A model generated the notes under the pieces. That model had not been told where the DNA came from. It made no database searches and saw nothing but the letters and a program-made list of their open reading frames with translations. Below are positions 30,704-40,163 of a stretch of DNA of 64,000 nucleotides, piece by piece. The DNA lies in the NCBI GenBank assembly GCA_024277555.1, contig JAJRUY010000320.1, positions 12,388-76,387 on the forward strand, in the 5' to 3' direction. How positions within the stretch are numbered: position 1 is the stretch's first letter; each line of letters opens with the position of its first letter. This DNA is from Gammaproteobacteria bacterium (GTDB taxonomy: Bacteria; Pseudomonadota; Gammaproteobacteria; Chromatiales; Chromatiaceae). The position numbers and the translations under genes were made by a program.

Positions 30704-32140
30704 ATGCTGAAATCCACAGAACAATTAACCCATCAAGCCCCTTCTATTGAAGCGGCCTTCCAGCAACAAAAGCAACGCGCCCTTAAACTCAGAACTTCTA
30801 CATACGAGGAAAGGCTGTCAAGGCTCAAAAAGCTGAAACAGGCGGTTCTGGATAATCAGGAAGACATGTGCAAAGCAGCCTGGGCTGATTTCAGGAAGAC
30901 ACCTGCGGAAGTGGAATTTGCCGAAATTTTTGCAGTGCTGTCGCAGGTGAACCACGCCATTTCCCACCTGCGCAAGTGGATGAAGTCTAAGCGGGTAGCA
31001 GCCCCACGCTCCCTGATAGGTACCAGCAGCTATGTTCATTACGAGCCTAAGGGAACCACGCTGATCATATCGCCCTGGAACTATCCGTTTACGCTCAGCT
31101 TTGGCCCGCTTGTTTCGGCACTTGCTGCGGGTAATACGGCCATTATCAAGCCTTCTGAAATGACCCCCAATATGTCGTCCGTGATACGCCGTATGCTGGA
31201 GTCCACTTTCGATGAACAGGACGTTGCAGTTTTTGAAGGGGGCATTGAGACATCCACGGCCCTGCTGGATTTGCCATTTGACCATATTTTCTTTACCGGC
31301 AGCCCCATGGTCGGAAGGGTCGTCATGTCAGCGGCTGCAAAAAACCTGACATCCGTCACGCTGGAACTTGGCGGAAAGTCGCCAACCGTCATCGACAAGA
31401 CAGCCAATATCAAAAAGACTGCGCGCAATCTGGCCTGGAGCAAGTTTCTCAACAATGGCCAGACCTGTATCAGCCCTGACCATATCTATGTCCATGAAGA
31501 TATCATCGACGAGTTTTGTGCCGCAGTGGAAGAACGCGTGCAACACAGCTACGGAAAAACCATCCAGGACCAGTCAAGCAGCCCGGATTATTGCCGTATC
31601 GTCAACCGCAAGCACTTTGAACGCCTGTCGGGACTGATCGATGATGCGGTTCAGGGTGGTGCAAAAGTTGTATTCGGAGGCGAAACCGGGGCCGAAGAAC
31701 GCTTTATAGCGCCTACGCTCCTGCGCAACGTCAGCGGTGATTCGGCGATAATGCAGCAGGAAATTTTCGGTCCGATCATGCCGGTATTTCCGTATCGGGA
31801 TATCGACAAGGTTATTAATGAAATCAATGCCCGTCCGAAACCACTTGCGCTCTATGTCTTTTCCGGAGACAAACAATTTATCCAGCAAGTCGTCAATAAA
31901 ACTTCTGCCGGCGGTACCTGCATCAACACCAGTGTTGTTCATTTCCTGCAGGAAAACCTTCCCTTTGGCGGTGTCAACGAATCTGGCATCGGCAAGGCGC
32001 ACGGTGTGCACGGTTTCAAGGCGTTCTCCAATGAGCGCGCGGTGATCCAGGATAAATTCAGTATGGGCCATTTGATGTTTCCGCCGTATACGCCAAAGGT
32101 GCGAAAATTGATACAGGCGGCGATGCGTTACCTGACCTGA
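30704..32140 (+). CDS. Aldehyde dehydrogenase (AlkH/coniferyl-aldehyde DH-like, class 3)
   Basis: [41 protein letters not shown]. Confidence 0.93.
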   Translation: MLKSTEQLTHQAPSIEAAFQQQKQRALKLRTSTYEERLSRLKKLKQAVLDNQEDMCKAAWADFRKTPAEVEFAEIFAVLSQVNHAISHLRKWMKSKRVAAPRSLIGTSSYVHYEPKGTTLIISPWNYPFTLSFGPLVSALAAGNTAIIKPSEMTPNMSSVIRRMLESTFDEQDVAVFEGGIETSTALLDLPFDHIFFTGSPMVGRVVMSAAAKNLTSVTLELGGKSPTVIDKTANIKKTARNLAWSKFLNNGQTCISPDHIYVHEDIIDEFCAAVEERVQHSYGKTIQDQSSSPDYCRIVNRKHFERLSGLIDDAVQGGAKVVFGGETGAEERFIAPTLLRNVSGDSAIMQQEIFGPIMPVFPYRDIDKVINEINARPKPLALYVFSGDKQFIQQVVNKTSAGGTCINTSVVHFLQENLPFGGVNESGIGKAHGVHGFKAFSNERAVIQDKFSMGHLMFPPYTPKVRKLIQAAMRYLT

Positions 32141-32150
32141 GGATACTTCA

Positions 32151-33752
32151 ATGCAACAGGAGTTTGATTATATCATCGTAGGTGCCGGTTCTGCCGGTTG
32201 TGTAGTGGCATCACGGCTATCAGAGAATAGGAACATTAGTGTTTGCCTGCTTGAAGCCGGTGGAAAAGACAGCAGTGTATTCGTCCACGCCCCTGTTGGT
32301 GTGGTGGCAATGATGCCGACCAAGCTCAACAACTGGGCATTTGAAACCGTGCCTCAGCCCGGATTGAATGGCCGCAAAGGCTACCAGCCCAGGGGAAAGG
32401 TCCTGGGGGGCAGCTCATCGACCAATGCCATGCTGCATGTACGAGGTCACAGGTGGGATTATGACCACTGGGCCTCGTTGGGTAATCCCGGTTGGAGCTA
32501 TCAGGAAGTCCTGCCCTATTTCCGGAAATCTGAACATAACGAGCGCTTTGACAACGAGTATCATGGTCAAAGCGGCCCGCTCAATGTATCTGATGCGACA
32601 GATGCCAGTGAGCTGAATCAACCCTTCCTGGCGGCATGTGAAAAGTCTGGTATCCCCAGAAATGATGACTATAACGGTGCGCAGCAGGAAGGCTGTTTCA
32701 TGTATCAGCGTAACGTAATTAACGGTGAACGTTGCAGCGCGGCCAAAGCATTCCTGACCCCACACCTCGATAGGCCCAACCTGACGGTTATCACGCATGC
32801 TCATACGGAAAAAGTGCTGTTTGAAGGTAACAAAGCCGTAGCCGTTCGGTTTTCCAGCAAGGGGCAACAGCAAACTGTTAAAGCGAAAAAAGAAATTATC
32901 ATCAGCGGCGGTGCGTTTGGTTCACCACAAATCCTGATGTTGTCAGGCATAGGCCCGGCAGAACACCTGCAGCAATATAATATTGATGTAATACATGATT
33001 TACCGGGTGTCGGGCAAAACCTGCAAGACCACATTGACTATGTGCAAACCTTTAAAGTGGCTGCCAGCAAGGAAACCTTCGGTGTCAGCGCGAGCGGTGG
33101 GGCAAAAATGCTGAGTGCCATGCTGCAATGGAAAAAGTTCAGAACAGGGAAAATAACCAGCACGCTGGCCGAATCCGGCGCTTTCTTCAAATCAAATAAC
33201 GATGTCGACATCCCCGACGTGCAATTGGTGTGGGTCGCAGGTATCGTCGATGACCACGCCAGGAAACTCAACATGGGCCATGGTTATAGCTGTCACATCA
33301 CGTTGCTGCGCCCTGAGAGTACCGGTGAAGTGAGGTTGCGTAGCAGCGACCCTTTTGAGCCACCTGATATTGATCCCAGGTTCTTTGACAAGGATAAGGA
33401 CATGCAGGTGCTGCTCGATGGCGCTGAGAAAATGCAGAAGATTCTCGAAAGTGAGTTCTATGACGACATTCGCGGCAAGATGTTATATCCGGTCAGACAA
33501 GGTGACAGAAAAGGATTGGAGCAAGATATTCGCAACCGCGCCGACACCCAGTATCACCCGATTGGCACTTGTAAAATGGGCCCGCAAAATGATCCCATGG
33601 CCGTGGTTGACGCCGAACTAAAGGTATACGGCATTAAAGGACTGCGGGTTGTAGACGCCTCGATCATGCCGAAGCTTACAGGCGGCAATACCAATGCACC
33701 CACCATCATGATTGGTGAAAAAGCGGCGGACATGATCAAGGCAGCGCACTAA
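32151..33752 (+). CDS. GMC oxidoreductase (AlkJ-like alcohol dehydrogenase)
   Basis: [43 protein letters not shown]. Confidence 0.92.
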   Translation: MQQEFDYIIVGAGSAGCVVASRLSENRNISVCLLEAGGKDSSVFVHAPVGVVAMMPTKLNNWAFETVPQPGLNGRKGYQPRGKVLGGSSSTNAMLHVRGHRWDYDHWASLGNPGWSYQEVLPYFRKSEHNERFDNEYHGQSGPLNVSDATDASELNQPFLAACEKSGIPRNDDYNGAQQEGCFMYQRNVINGERCSAAKAFLTPHLDRPNLTVITHAHTEKVLFEGNKAVAVRFSSKGQQQTVKAKKEIIISGGAFGSPQILMLSGIGPAEHLQQYNIDVIHDLPGVGQNLQDHIDYVQTFKVAASKETFGVSASGGAKMLSAMLQWKKFRTGKITSTLAESGAFFKSNNDVDIPDVQLVWVAGIVDDHARKLNMGHGYSCHITLLRPESTGEVRLRSSDPFEPPDIDPRFFDKDKDMQVLLDGAEKMQKILESEFYDDIRGKMLYPVRQGDRKGLEQDIRNRADTQYHPIGTCKMGPQNDPMAVVDAELKVYGIKGLRVVDASIMPKLTGGNTNAPTIMIGEKAADMIKAAH

Positions 33753-33755
33753 CCA

Positions 33756-35111
33756 GTGCAGGTGTCAGCCCGACTGGTACTATTTTTATTTGTCATTGCA
33801 TTACCGGTGCATAGCCTGGCCGGGGCGCGGCCGGATGAAATCCATCGGCTTTCAGAAGACCTGACCCCGGTCGGCGCCGAGCGAAACGGAAACGAGGCGG
33901 GCACGATCCCCGACTGGACGGGGGGCATAACCGCACCTCCGGTTCCCTATGAGCCAGGCGACTACCACCCTGATCCTTTCGCCGGTGAGGAACCGCTTTT
34001 CCGAATCGATCACAGCAACGTGGATCAATACCGGGCATCACTGGGAGAAGGCCAGATCGCGATGCTTGCAAAGTATCCTGACATGTACTTCAGTGTGTAC
34101 CCCAGCCACAGAACAGCTGCATTTCCGCAGCGTAGCTACGAAATGACCGCAAGGAACGCCGCCACCGGTACACTGGCAGAGGATGGCGATGCCGTTACCG
34201 GCGTGGCCGAAGGTTTGCCGTTCCCGTTTCCTGAAAATGGCCAGGAACTGATCTGGAACCATCGCCTTCGCTACAAGGGCACCGGTAGCATCCGCTATAT
34301 CAGCCTGGTCGCACCCACCGCGAAGGGAGCCTTCACTGAGGTAAAAATGACGGTGAAAACGACCAACCTGTACCACCAACCGGGTGAGACGCTGGAAAGT
34401 ATCGACAACCACCTGTTGCTGTTCCTGCAACAAACGACCTCACCATCCCGTTTGTCAGGCTACATGCTGCTGGTGTACGAATCTCTGAACCAGGTGATTC
34501 AGCCCCGCGCCGCCTGGATTTACAACCCGGGTCAAAGACGCGTGATCCGTGCGCCGCAAGTCGCATACGACAGCCCTTCGGTATCGACGGAGGGTCTGCA
34601 GGTCAGCGACATGACCGACATGTTCAACGGTGCGCTTCACCGCTTCGACTGGGAACTGAAGGGCAAGCGCGAGATGTACGTGCCCTACAATGCCTACCGG
34701 ATTCATAGCAATAAACTGGATTACGAGGACCTGGTGAAACCCGGCCACCTCGATCCCCGCTACCTGCGATACGAACTGCACCGTGTCTGGGTCGTGGAAG
34801 CTCGCTTGCGCGATGGCTACCGACACATCAATCCACGCCGCACTTACTACCTGGACGAAGACAGCTACCAGATTCTTATGGCCGACCACTACGACGTACG
34901 TGGTGAATTATGGCGTTACTCGGAAGCGCACCCGATCAATTACTACGATGTACCGGTCTTTTGGACCACGCTTGAGATCCACCACGATCTCGACGCGCGC
35001 CGTTTTGCCTCCTACCGGCAGGACCCACGCAAGCCGGTATCCGCCTTCAACATGAAAATGGATCCCAGGCAATTCACGCCCCAGGCATTACGGCGAATGG
35101 GACGGAAGTGA
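33756..35111 (+). CDS. DUF1329 periplasmic protein
   Basis: Signal peptide, LTPVGAERNGN..TIPDWTGG, AWIYNPGQRRV.RAP, RYELHRVWVVEA, DEDSY, FTPQALRR. Confidence 0.9.
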   Translation: MQVSARLVLFLFVIALPVHSLAGARPDEIHRLSEDLTPVGAERNGNEAGTIPDWTGGITAPPVPYEPGDYHPDPFAGEEPLFRIDHSNVDQYRASLGEGQIAMLAKYPDMYFSVYPSHRTAAFPQRSYEMTARNAATGTLAEDGDAVTGVAEGLPFPFPENGQELIWNHRLRYKGTGSIRYISLVAPTAKGAFTEVKMTVKTTNLYHQPGETLESIDNHLLLFLQQTTSPSRLSGYMLLVYESLNQVIQPRAAWIYNPGQRRVIRAPQVAYDSPSVSTEGLQVSDMTDMFNGALHRFDWELKGKREMYVPYNAYRIHSNKLDYEDLVKPGHLDPRYLRYELHRVWVVEARLRDGYRHINPRRTYYLDEDSYQILMADHYDVRGELWRYSEAHPINYYDVPVFWTTLEIHHDLDARRFASYRQDPRKPVSAFNMKMDPRQFTPQALRRMGRK

Positions 35112-35203
35112 CCGCCTCGAATATTTGATAAAATAGCTAAGTTCAAGCCTCAATAAGCGCGCTGGTTACTGCTGGTTAAAGAGAAATAGATACGGGTATT
35201 GAT

Positions 35204-36754
35204 ATGAATAGTGAAAATTCCACCGAAGATCTTGAATTTGACCAAATCATCATTGGCTCTGGTTTTGGCGGTTCGGTCAGTGCGCTACGCCTCAGTGAAA
35301 AAGGTTACAAAGTACTGATTCTGGAAAAAGGTAAACGCCGGAAAGACCACGAATATCCAGAAACTAACCTGGATTTTAAAAACTACGTTTGGGAACCTAA
35401 GCTGGGCATGAAAGGCTCGTTGCAAATGACTTACACCAGCAAAGCCACCATTTTGCATGGCGTAGGTGTCGGCGGTGGTTCACAAATTTATGCCAATGTG
35501 CACCTTATCCCTGAGGACAATGTTTTTCAGTCGCCTGCCTGGACCCAGACACGAGATGACTGGAAAGATACTTTAGCGCCTTACTATGCCCTGGCTCAAC
35601 GTATGTTAGGCACTACAAAGAATACTTACACCAATATTGCCGACGATGCTTTTAAACAGGTTGCAGAATCCATGGGACTGGGCGATAGCTATAAAACTGT
35701 GTCCACCGGGGTGTTTTTCCCTCAAGAAGATAACCAGCGGGGCAAGACCTTTAGCGATCCTTATTTTTCCGGTGATGGTCCTGATAGAGCAACTTGTAAG
35801 TTTTGTGGTAGCTGCATTATTGGTTGCAGGGATAATGCCAAAAATACCCTGATTAAAAATTATCTGTATTTTGCTGAAAGAAATGGTGTCGAAATTCGCC
35901 CGGATTCTGAGGTAAAACGCATTGAGCCATTGGAAAAAGAGGGTAAAAAAGACGGCAGCAGTGGATATGTTGTGACCGTTTTTGATAGCACTGATAAGCG
36001 TGAATATCGTATTAAAGCCCGTGGTGTGGTAATTTCTGCAGGCGTTTTGGGGACAGTGCCTTTACTGTTGAGAATGCGGGATCAATTTAAAACCCTACCA
36101 AATATTTCTTCATGGCTGGGTCAGCAAGTACGCACTAATTCTGAAACCTTGACCACAGCGAATGATACCAAGCATACGGTGCATGATGGTGTTGCTATCA
36201 GCTCGATGATTTCTGTTGATGATGATACCACCATGGAAATCAATCGTTTTCGTAAAGGCTCCGATGGCACCTGGTTACTATTGCCTTATGTTCCCATGGT
36301 ATCTGGCGCCGGTTTTACACGTTTCCTTAAGTTTTTAGGCAATACTATTGCTCACCCGGTTAAAACTTTCAAAGTGCTCCGGTCAAAAGGCAAAGCGGAA
36401 AAATCCATTCTCTTTTTGGTGATGCAAAAATCTGAAGCGTTTATTCATCTGGAGTGGCGCAGAAGATGGTATCGCTTGTTCAGAAAAGATATTTCCGCAG
36501 TACAAAAGAAAGGCGATACCCCGCTTAAGGTAGTTTTCCCTAAAGCGGAAGAAGCCACCCGACGCTACGCTGAGATTTTAGGTGGTGAGCCAGGCTCTGC
36601 GCTACCTGAAATTATTCTCGGTACACCTTTCACGGCACATATCATTAGCGGTGTTGCGATTGGCAAAGACAGTGCACATGGGGTGGTCGATGAATCGGGC
36701 GAACTTGTTAAAGTTATCAATCAACATGACAAATTCACTGAGGTCACCGCTTAA
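35204..36754 (+). pseudogene. Cholesterol oxidase-like (ChoD) GMC enzyme, C-terminally truncated
   Basis: IGSGFGGSVSALRL, GVGGGS.IYAN, CKFCGSCIIGC, TAHIISG and GVVDESGE are present. The expected ...DGS....GVNPSLTI tail is absent; the ORF ends about 15 codons after 36706. Confidence 0.7.
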
Positions 36755-38469
36755 CCAGCGCTGCGGAGTTTCCGTTCCACACCGCTGCCCTCAACTTCGT
36801 TGATCCGTCCCCGGTCGATCAGGGTAGCGCAATCAATTCTATCGGGCAACATGCCATAGGTGTTGCCGGAGCCAGCCCCCAAGCGTGCTGAGCTAAACGC
36901 CTGGGAAACATATTCCGGTGCGTTTCGTAGCAGCAACGAGCCCTGCAGTGCCAGTGCCATTTTCTCGACGATACCTCGCGCGCGATACTCGATATTATCC
37001 TGCCGGGCAAATTCGGCCTGCAGCGCAGAATAATAACTGTCGAACTGCTGATTGCTACCAGTGCCCCTGCCGACTTCTGCAAGGAAGGCCTCCAGGGAAT
37101 GTGGATCCCTGTCAATGGCACGCAACACGTCCAGGCATTGCACATTACCCGAGCCCTCCCAGATGGTGTTGATAGGTGCTTCCCGGTAGAAGCGCGGCAT
37201 GATGCTGTTTTCCATCACCGCCGAACCGCCAATACATTCCATGGCTTCATAGGCGTGCCCCGGTTGGCGTTTGCATACCCAGTATTTACCCACGGCGGTC
37301 GCTATGCGGGCGAAACCTGCCTCAAAGTCATTTCCAGCCTGTGATTCATCCAGTGCCTTGGCCACCCGGAAAGCCATATGGGTGGCTGCTTCGGCTTCCA
37401 GTTCCAGGTCAGCCAGTACGTTCTGCATCAAGGGCTGCCTGTCCAGGTAATTTCCAAAGGCCTGGCGGTGACTGGTGTGATGGATGATCTGGGTCATGTG
37501 CTGGCGCATGGCACCGGCTGACGTGACCAGGCAATCGAAGCGGGTCATGGCCACCATTTCCAGGATGTTGGCGATACCCCGTCCTTCCTCGCCGATGAGC
37601 CAGCCCAGCGCACCACGCAGCTCGGTTTCGCACGAGGCATTCGACGCATTACCCATCTTGTCTTTTAACTGGAGAATTTGCAGCGGATTCTTGCTGCCGT
37701 CCGGGCGCCAACGCGGTACCAGGAAGCAGGAGATGCCACCTTCGGCCTGTGCCAACATCAGAAAGGCATCACACATGGGGGCGGACACGAAATACTTATG
37801 GCCCACCAACTCGTAGCTACGGCCCGGACCTGGCCGGTCAACGGCATAGGCACGCGTGGAATTACTGCGCACATCACTACCGCCCTGTTTTTCCGTCATC
37901 GCCATCCCGATGGTGACCGATTGTTTCTCAGTATGCGGCACATTACGTGGGTCATAACCGGTAGACAGTACCTTCGGAAGCCATTCCTCAGCAATGTCTG
38001 CCTGTTTTTTCAAGGTAGGTACCGCTGCAAATGTCATGGTGACAGGGCAACAGTGGCCTGCCTCTACCTGACCGGTCATGTAACTGCCTGCCGCCCGGGC
38101 GACATGTGCGCCATTTCCAGGCCGGGCCCAGGGCGATCCCGCCAGACCCTGCGCCAGGGACGAACCCATCAGTTCATGGTAGGCCGGATGAAAGGTCACC
38201 CGGTCGATACGATTGCCGTAACGGTCATGGGTTTCGAGTACCGGTTTGACGCGGTTGGCCTCACAGCCCCGGAGGATCCATTCGGCACTACCACACGACT
38301 GGCCGTAATCTTTAAGGTTCTGAATGGCCCAACCGGCGCCCTCACGCGACAACGCTTCCATTAGCGTGATGTCACTGGAGAACATATTGTAGTTCTCCAG
38401 AATGGGTGGCATATTTTCAACAATATGGGTGCTGGCAGCACAGGCTTCGGCTTTCGGATATTGGCTCAT
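36751..38469 (-). CDS. AidB-like acyl-CoA dehydrogenase
   Basis: GHCCPVTMT, MAMTEKQGGSDV, LKDKMGN, KYWVCKR, INTIWEGSGN. ATG 38469 overlaps the tetR stop (ATGA). Confidence 0.92.
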   Translation of the reverse strand: MSQYPKAEACAASTHIVENMPPILENYNMFSSDITLMEALSREGAGWAIQNLKDYGQSCGSAEWILRGCEANRVKPVLETHDRYGNRIDRVTFHPAYHELMGSSLAQGLAGSPWARPGNGAHVARAAGSYMTGQVEAGHCCPVTMTFAAVPTLKKQADIAEEWLPKVLSTGYDPRNVPHTEKQSVTIGMAMTEKQGGSDVRSNSTRAYAVDRPGPGRSYELVGHKYFVSAPMCDAFLMLAQAEGGISCFLVPRWRPDGSKNPLQILQLKDKMGNASNASCETELRGALGWLIGEEGRGIANILEMVAMTRFDCLVTSAGAMRQHMTQIIHHTSHRQAFGNYLDRQPLMQNVLADLELEAEAATHMAFRVAKALDESQAGNDFEAGFARIATAVGKYWVCKRQPGHAYEAMECIGGSAVMENSIMPRFYREAPINTIWEGSGNVQCLDVLRAIDRDPHSLEAFLAEVGRGTGSNQQFDSYYSALQAEFARQDNIEYRARGIVEKMALALQGSLLLRNAPEYVSQAFSSARLGAGSGNTYGMLPDRIDCATLIDRGRINEVEGSGVERKLRSAG

Positions 38470-39092
38470 GATAGTTCTCTCTTGCTGCCGGCAGCCCTGA
38501 GGCAAAGCCGACAGATCTCTTCAGTTAAATGTTTCTGTTGTAATGGGTTAAAGCTCTGGGCAGTCGGGGCCAGCGGGCCCACCAGGGATTCCGCCAGCAT
38601 TCCAACCATTGCTGCGGCGGCTATACTGGTGTCCATGGCTACGAACTCGCCACTGCTGACACCTTCTGCAAGGAGGGCCTGGAATAATTCTGCGTAGGCC
38701 CGGCGAAAATTGAGACGCTCCTGCTCCAGGGCCGGGTCCAGGGGTTCAGCAATCAGGGCATAGGCCAGGTGTCGACCACGGATAGCCCGACTGGCAAAGT
38801 TACGAACTGTGTTTGCCAATCGCCCGGTCGCGTTGCCGCTACCCTGCGTAAATTTCCTGACCTCATCTACCTCCCGCTGGGAGGCATTGCGGAACAATTC
38901 AGTACACAGTGCGGTTTTATTGTGGAAATGCCGGTACAAACTACCGGTGGCGACACACGCATCCGCTGCAACTACGCTCATGGACACCGCAGCAAAGCCC
39001 CCCGACAACACTCGCTGCTGTGCGGCGTCCAGTATGCGTTGCCGGGTGCTCAACCGGTGTGCTTCTGTCTTTGCTGTCGCTCGATATGCCAT
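38466..39092 (-). CDS. TetR-family regulator
   Basis: MAYRAT..., HTH VAADACVATGSLYRHF, LAYALIAEP. Confidence 0.9.
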   Translation of the reverse strand: MAYRATAKTEAHRLSTRQRILDAAQQRVLSGGFAAVSMSVVAADACVATGSLYRHFHNKTALCTELFRNASQREVDEVRKFTQGSGNATGRLANTVRNFASRAIRGRHLAYALIAEPLDPALEQERLNFRRAYAELFQALLAEGVSSGEFVAMDTSIAAAAMVGMLAESLVGPLAPTAQSFNPLQQKHLTEEICRLCLRAAGSKRELS

Positions 39093-39149
39093 AATATGAA
39101 CTGTGATTCATTACTTTCTGTAAGAATTGAACCACAATTCATATTATGG
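39089..39149. promoter_or_regulatory. Candidate tandem TetR operator (long inverted repeat)
   Basis: CCATAATATGAACTGTGATTCA (39089-39110) and TGAACCACAATTCATATTATGG (39128-39149) are inverted, 20/22 matched. Each arm contains TGAA-N6-TTCA, and the left arm covers the tetR ATG. Confidence 0.65.
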
Positions 39150-40125
39150 TGCAAGTGAGTGGGAACGAAACCCGGGAATCCGGACTGGCTCTGCGTTGTG
39201 TCCTGGTCCGTTCTTTGCACCAGCGCCCCGGTGGCATGCCGTACCAGCGCTGGAAGGCATTGTTGAAAGCGGCCTGGTCAGCGTAACCCAGCATGGCGGC
39301 AACCTGGGACAGAGTTGCACGGGTTTCCAGCAGGTAATCCACGACCAGGTCCTGACGCGTCCGGTCGACAATACCACGAAAGTCAGCCCCCAAACTGCGT
39401 AGTTCCCGCTGCAGTGTCCGTGGGTGCATAGCCAGGACATCGGCGACATTTTGCAGGGTACATCGCCCCGTAGGTAATAACTGATGTACCAGTAGCACGA
39501 CCCTGCGGAAGCGGTTGTCTCCGGTCCCGCCAAGATGGTCTCTCACGTAGTTAACCGCAATATTTCGGAACTCGGGATTGGCAGTAGGTACCGGCTTTGC
39601 CAACACCTCTTTTGGCAAGGTGAAGGCATTCAGTGAACCATCAAAATCCAGGTGAGCGCCAAAGCGGCGTTGCAATGGGCGCAAATCGTCCGCCCTGCAA
39701 TGCGTGAACTGAATATGCCCGGCGTAAAACCCCGGCCCAATCAGCATATTGAGGATGCTTTGGCCTATACCCATACTCAGCTCGTTGATCTGCCGCCTGG
39801 CGCGCAGTCCGGGAATCAACACCTCGAAAGTCAGCAGTGTGTGGCTCGAATCCGCGTCTACCAGTTGCACTGATGCGGCAGTGGTGTGTACATAGAAAAA
39901 GGTCGTGATAGCCCTCAGCGATGCAGCCACCGTATCCGAATAGTGTGCAATCAATGCCGCCGGGCCCAAAATATTCAGATCCTGGTAATAGGAAAGTCGT
40001 AAGCCGAAATCCGGGCATTCCAGCTCACGCGCACAATTTTCCAGCAACTCGATCATCGCCGCATAAGAAATCCGGTTGTCCGGCGAGGCCAGCGCAACAG
40101 GGTCTATGCCGTTCCTCCGCAGCAA
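39139..40125 (-). CDS. AraC-family regulator (OruR/Arabinose_bd_2 type), probably 5'-truncated
   Basis: DFGLRL..LG.., C-terminal HTH LAMHPRTLQREL..LGYADQAAFNNAFQRWYG. Begins at TTG with no RBS and an in-frame stop 11 codons upstream. Confidence 0.75.
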   Translation of the reverse strand: MLRRNGIDPVALASPDNRISYAAMIELLENCARELECPDFGLRLSYYQDLNILGPAALIAHYSDTVAASLRAITTFFYVHTTAASVQLVDADSSHTLLTFEVLIPGLRARRQINELSMGIGQSILNMLIGPGFYAGHIQFTHCRADDLRPLQRRFGAHLDFDGSLNAFTLPKEVLAKPVPTANPEFRNIAVNYVRDHLGGTGDNRFRRVVLLVHQLLPTGRCTLQNVADVLAMHPRTLQRELRSLGADFRGIVDRTRQDLVVDYLLETRATLSQVAAMLGYADQAAFNNAFQRWYGMPPGRWCKERTRTQRRASPDSRVSFPLTCTII

Positions 40126-40163
40126 GCGCAGAAAATATTTTCCCCCATCAAACCGTCAAGTCA

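Noticed and set aside
39921-40163. 901-aa GRE with an N-terminal extension, as called in the ORF track
   Set aside because: The first ~70 codons overlap the antisense araC coding region and do not resemble GRE sequence; this is an ORF-calling artefact.
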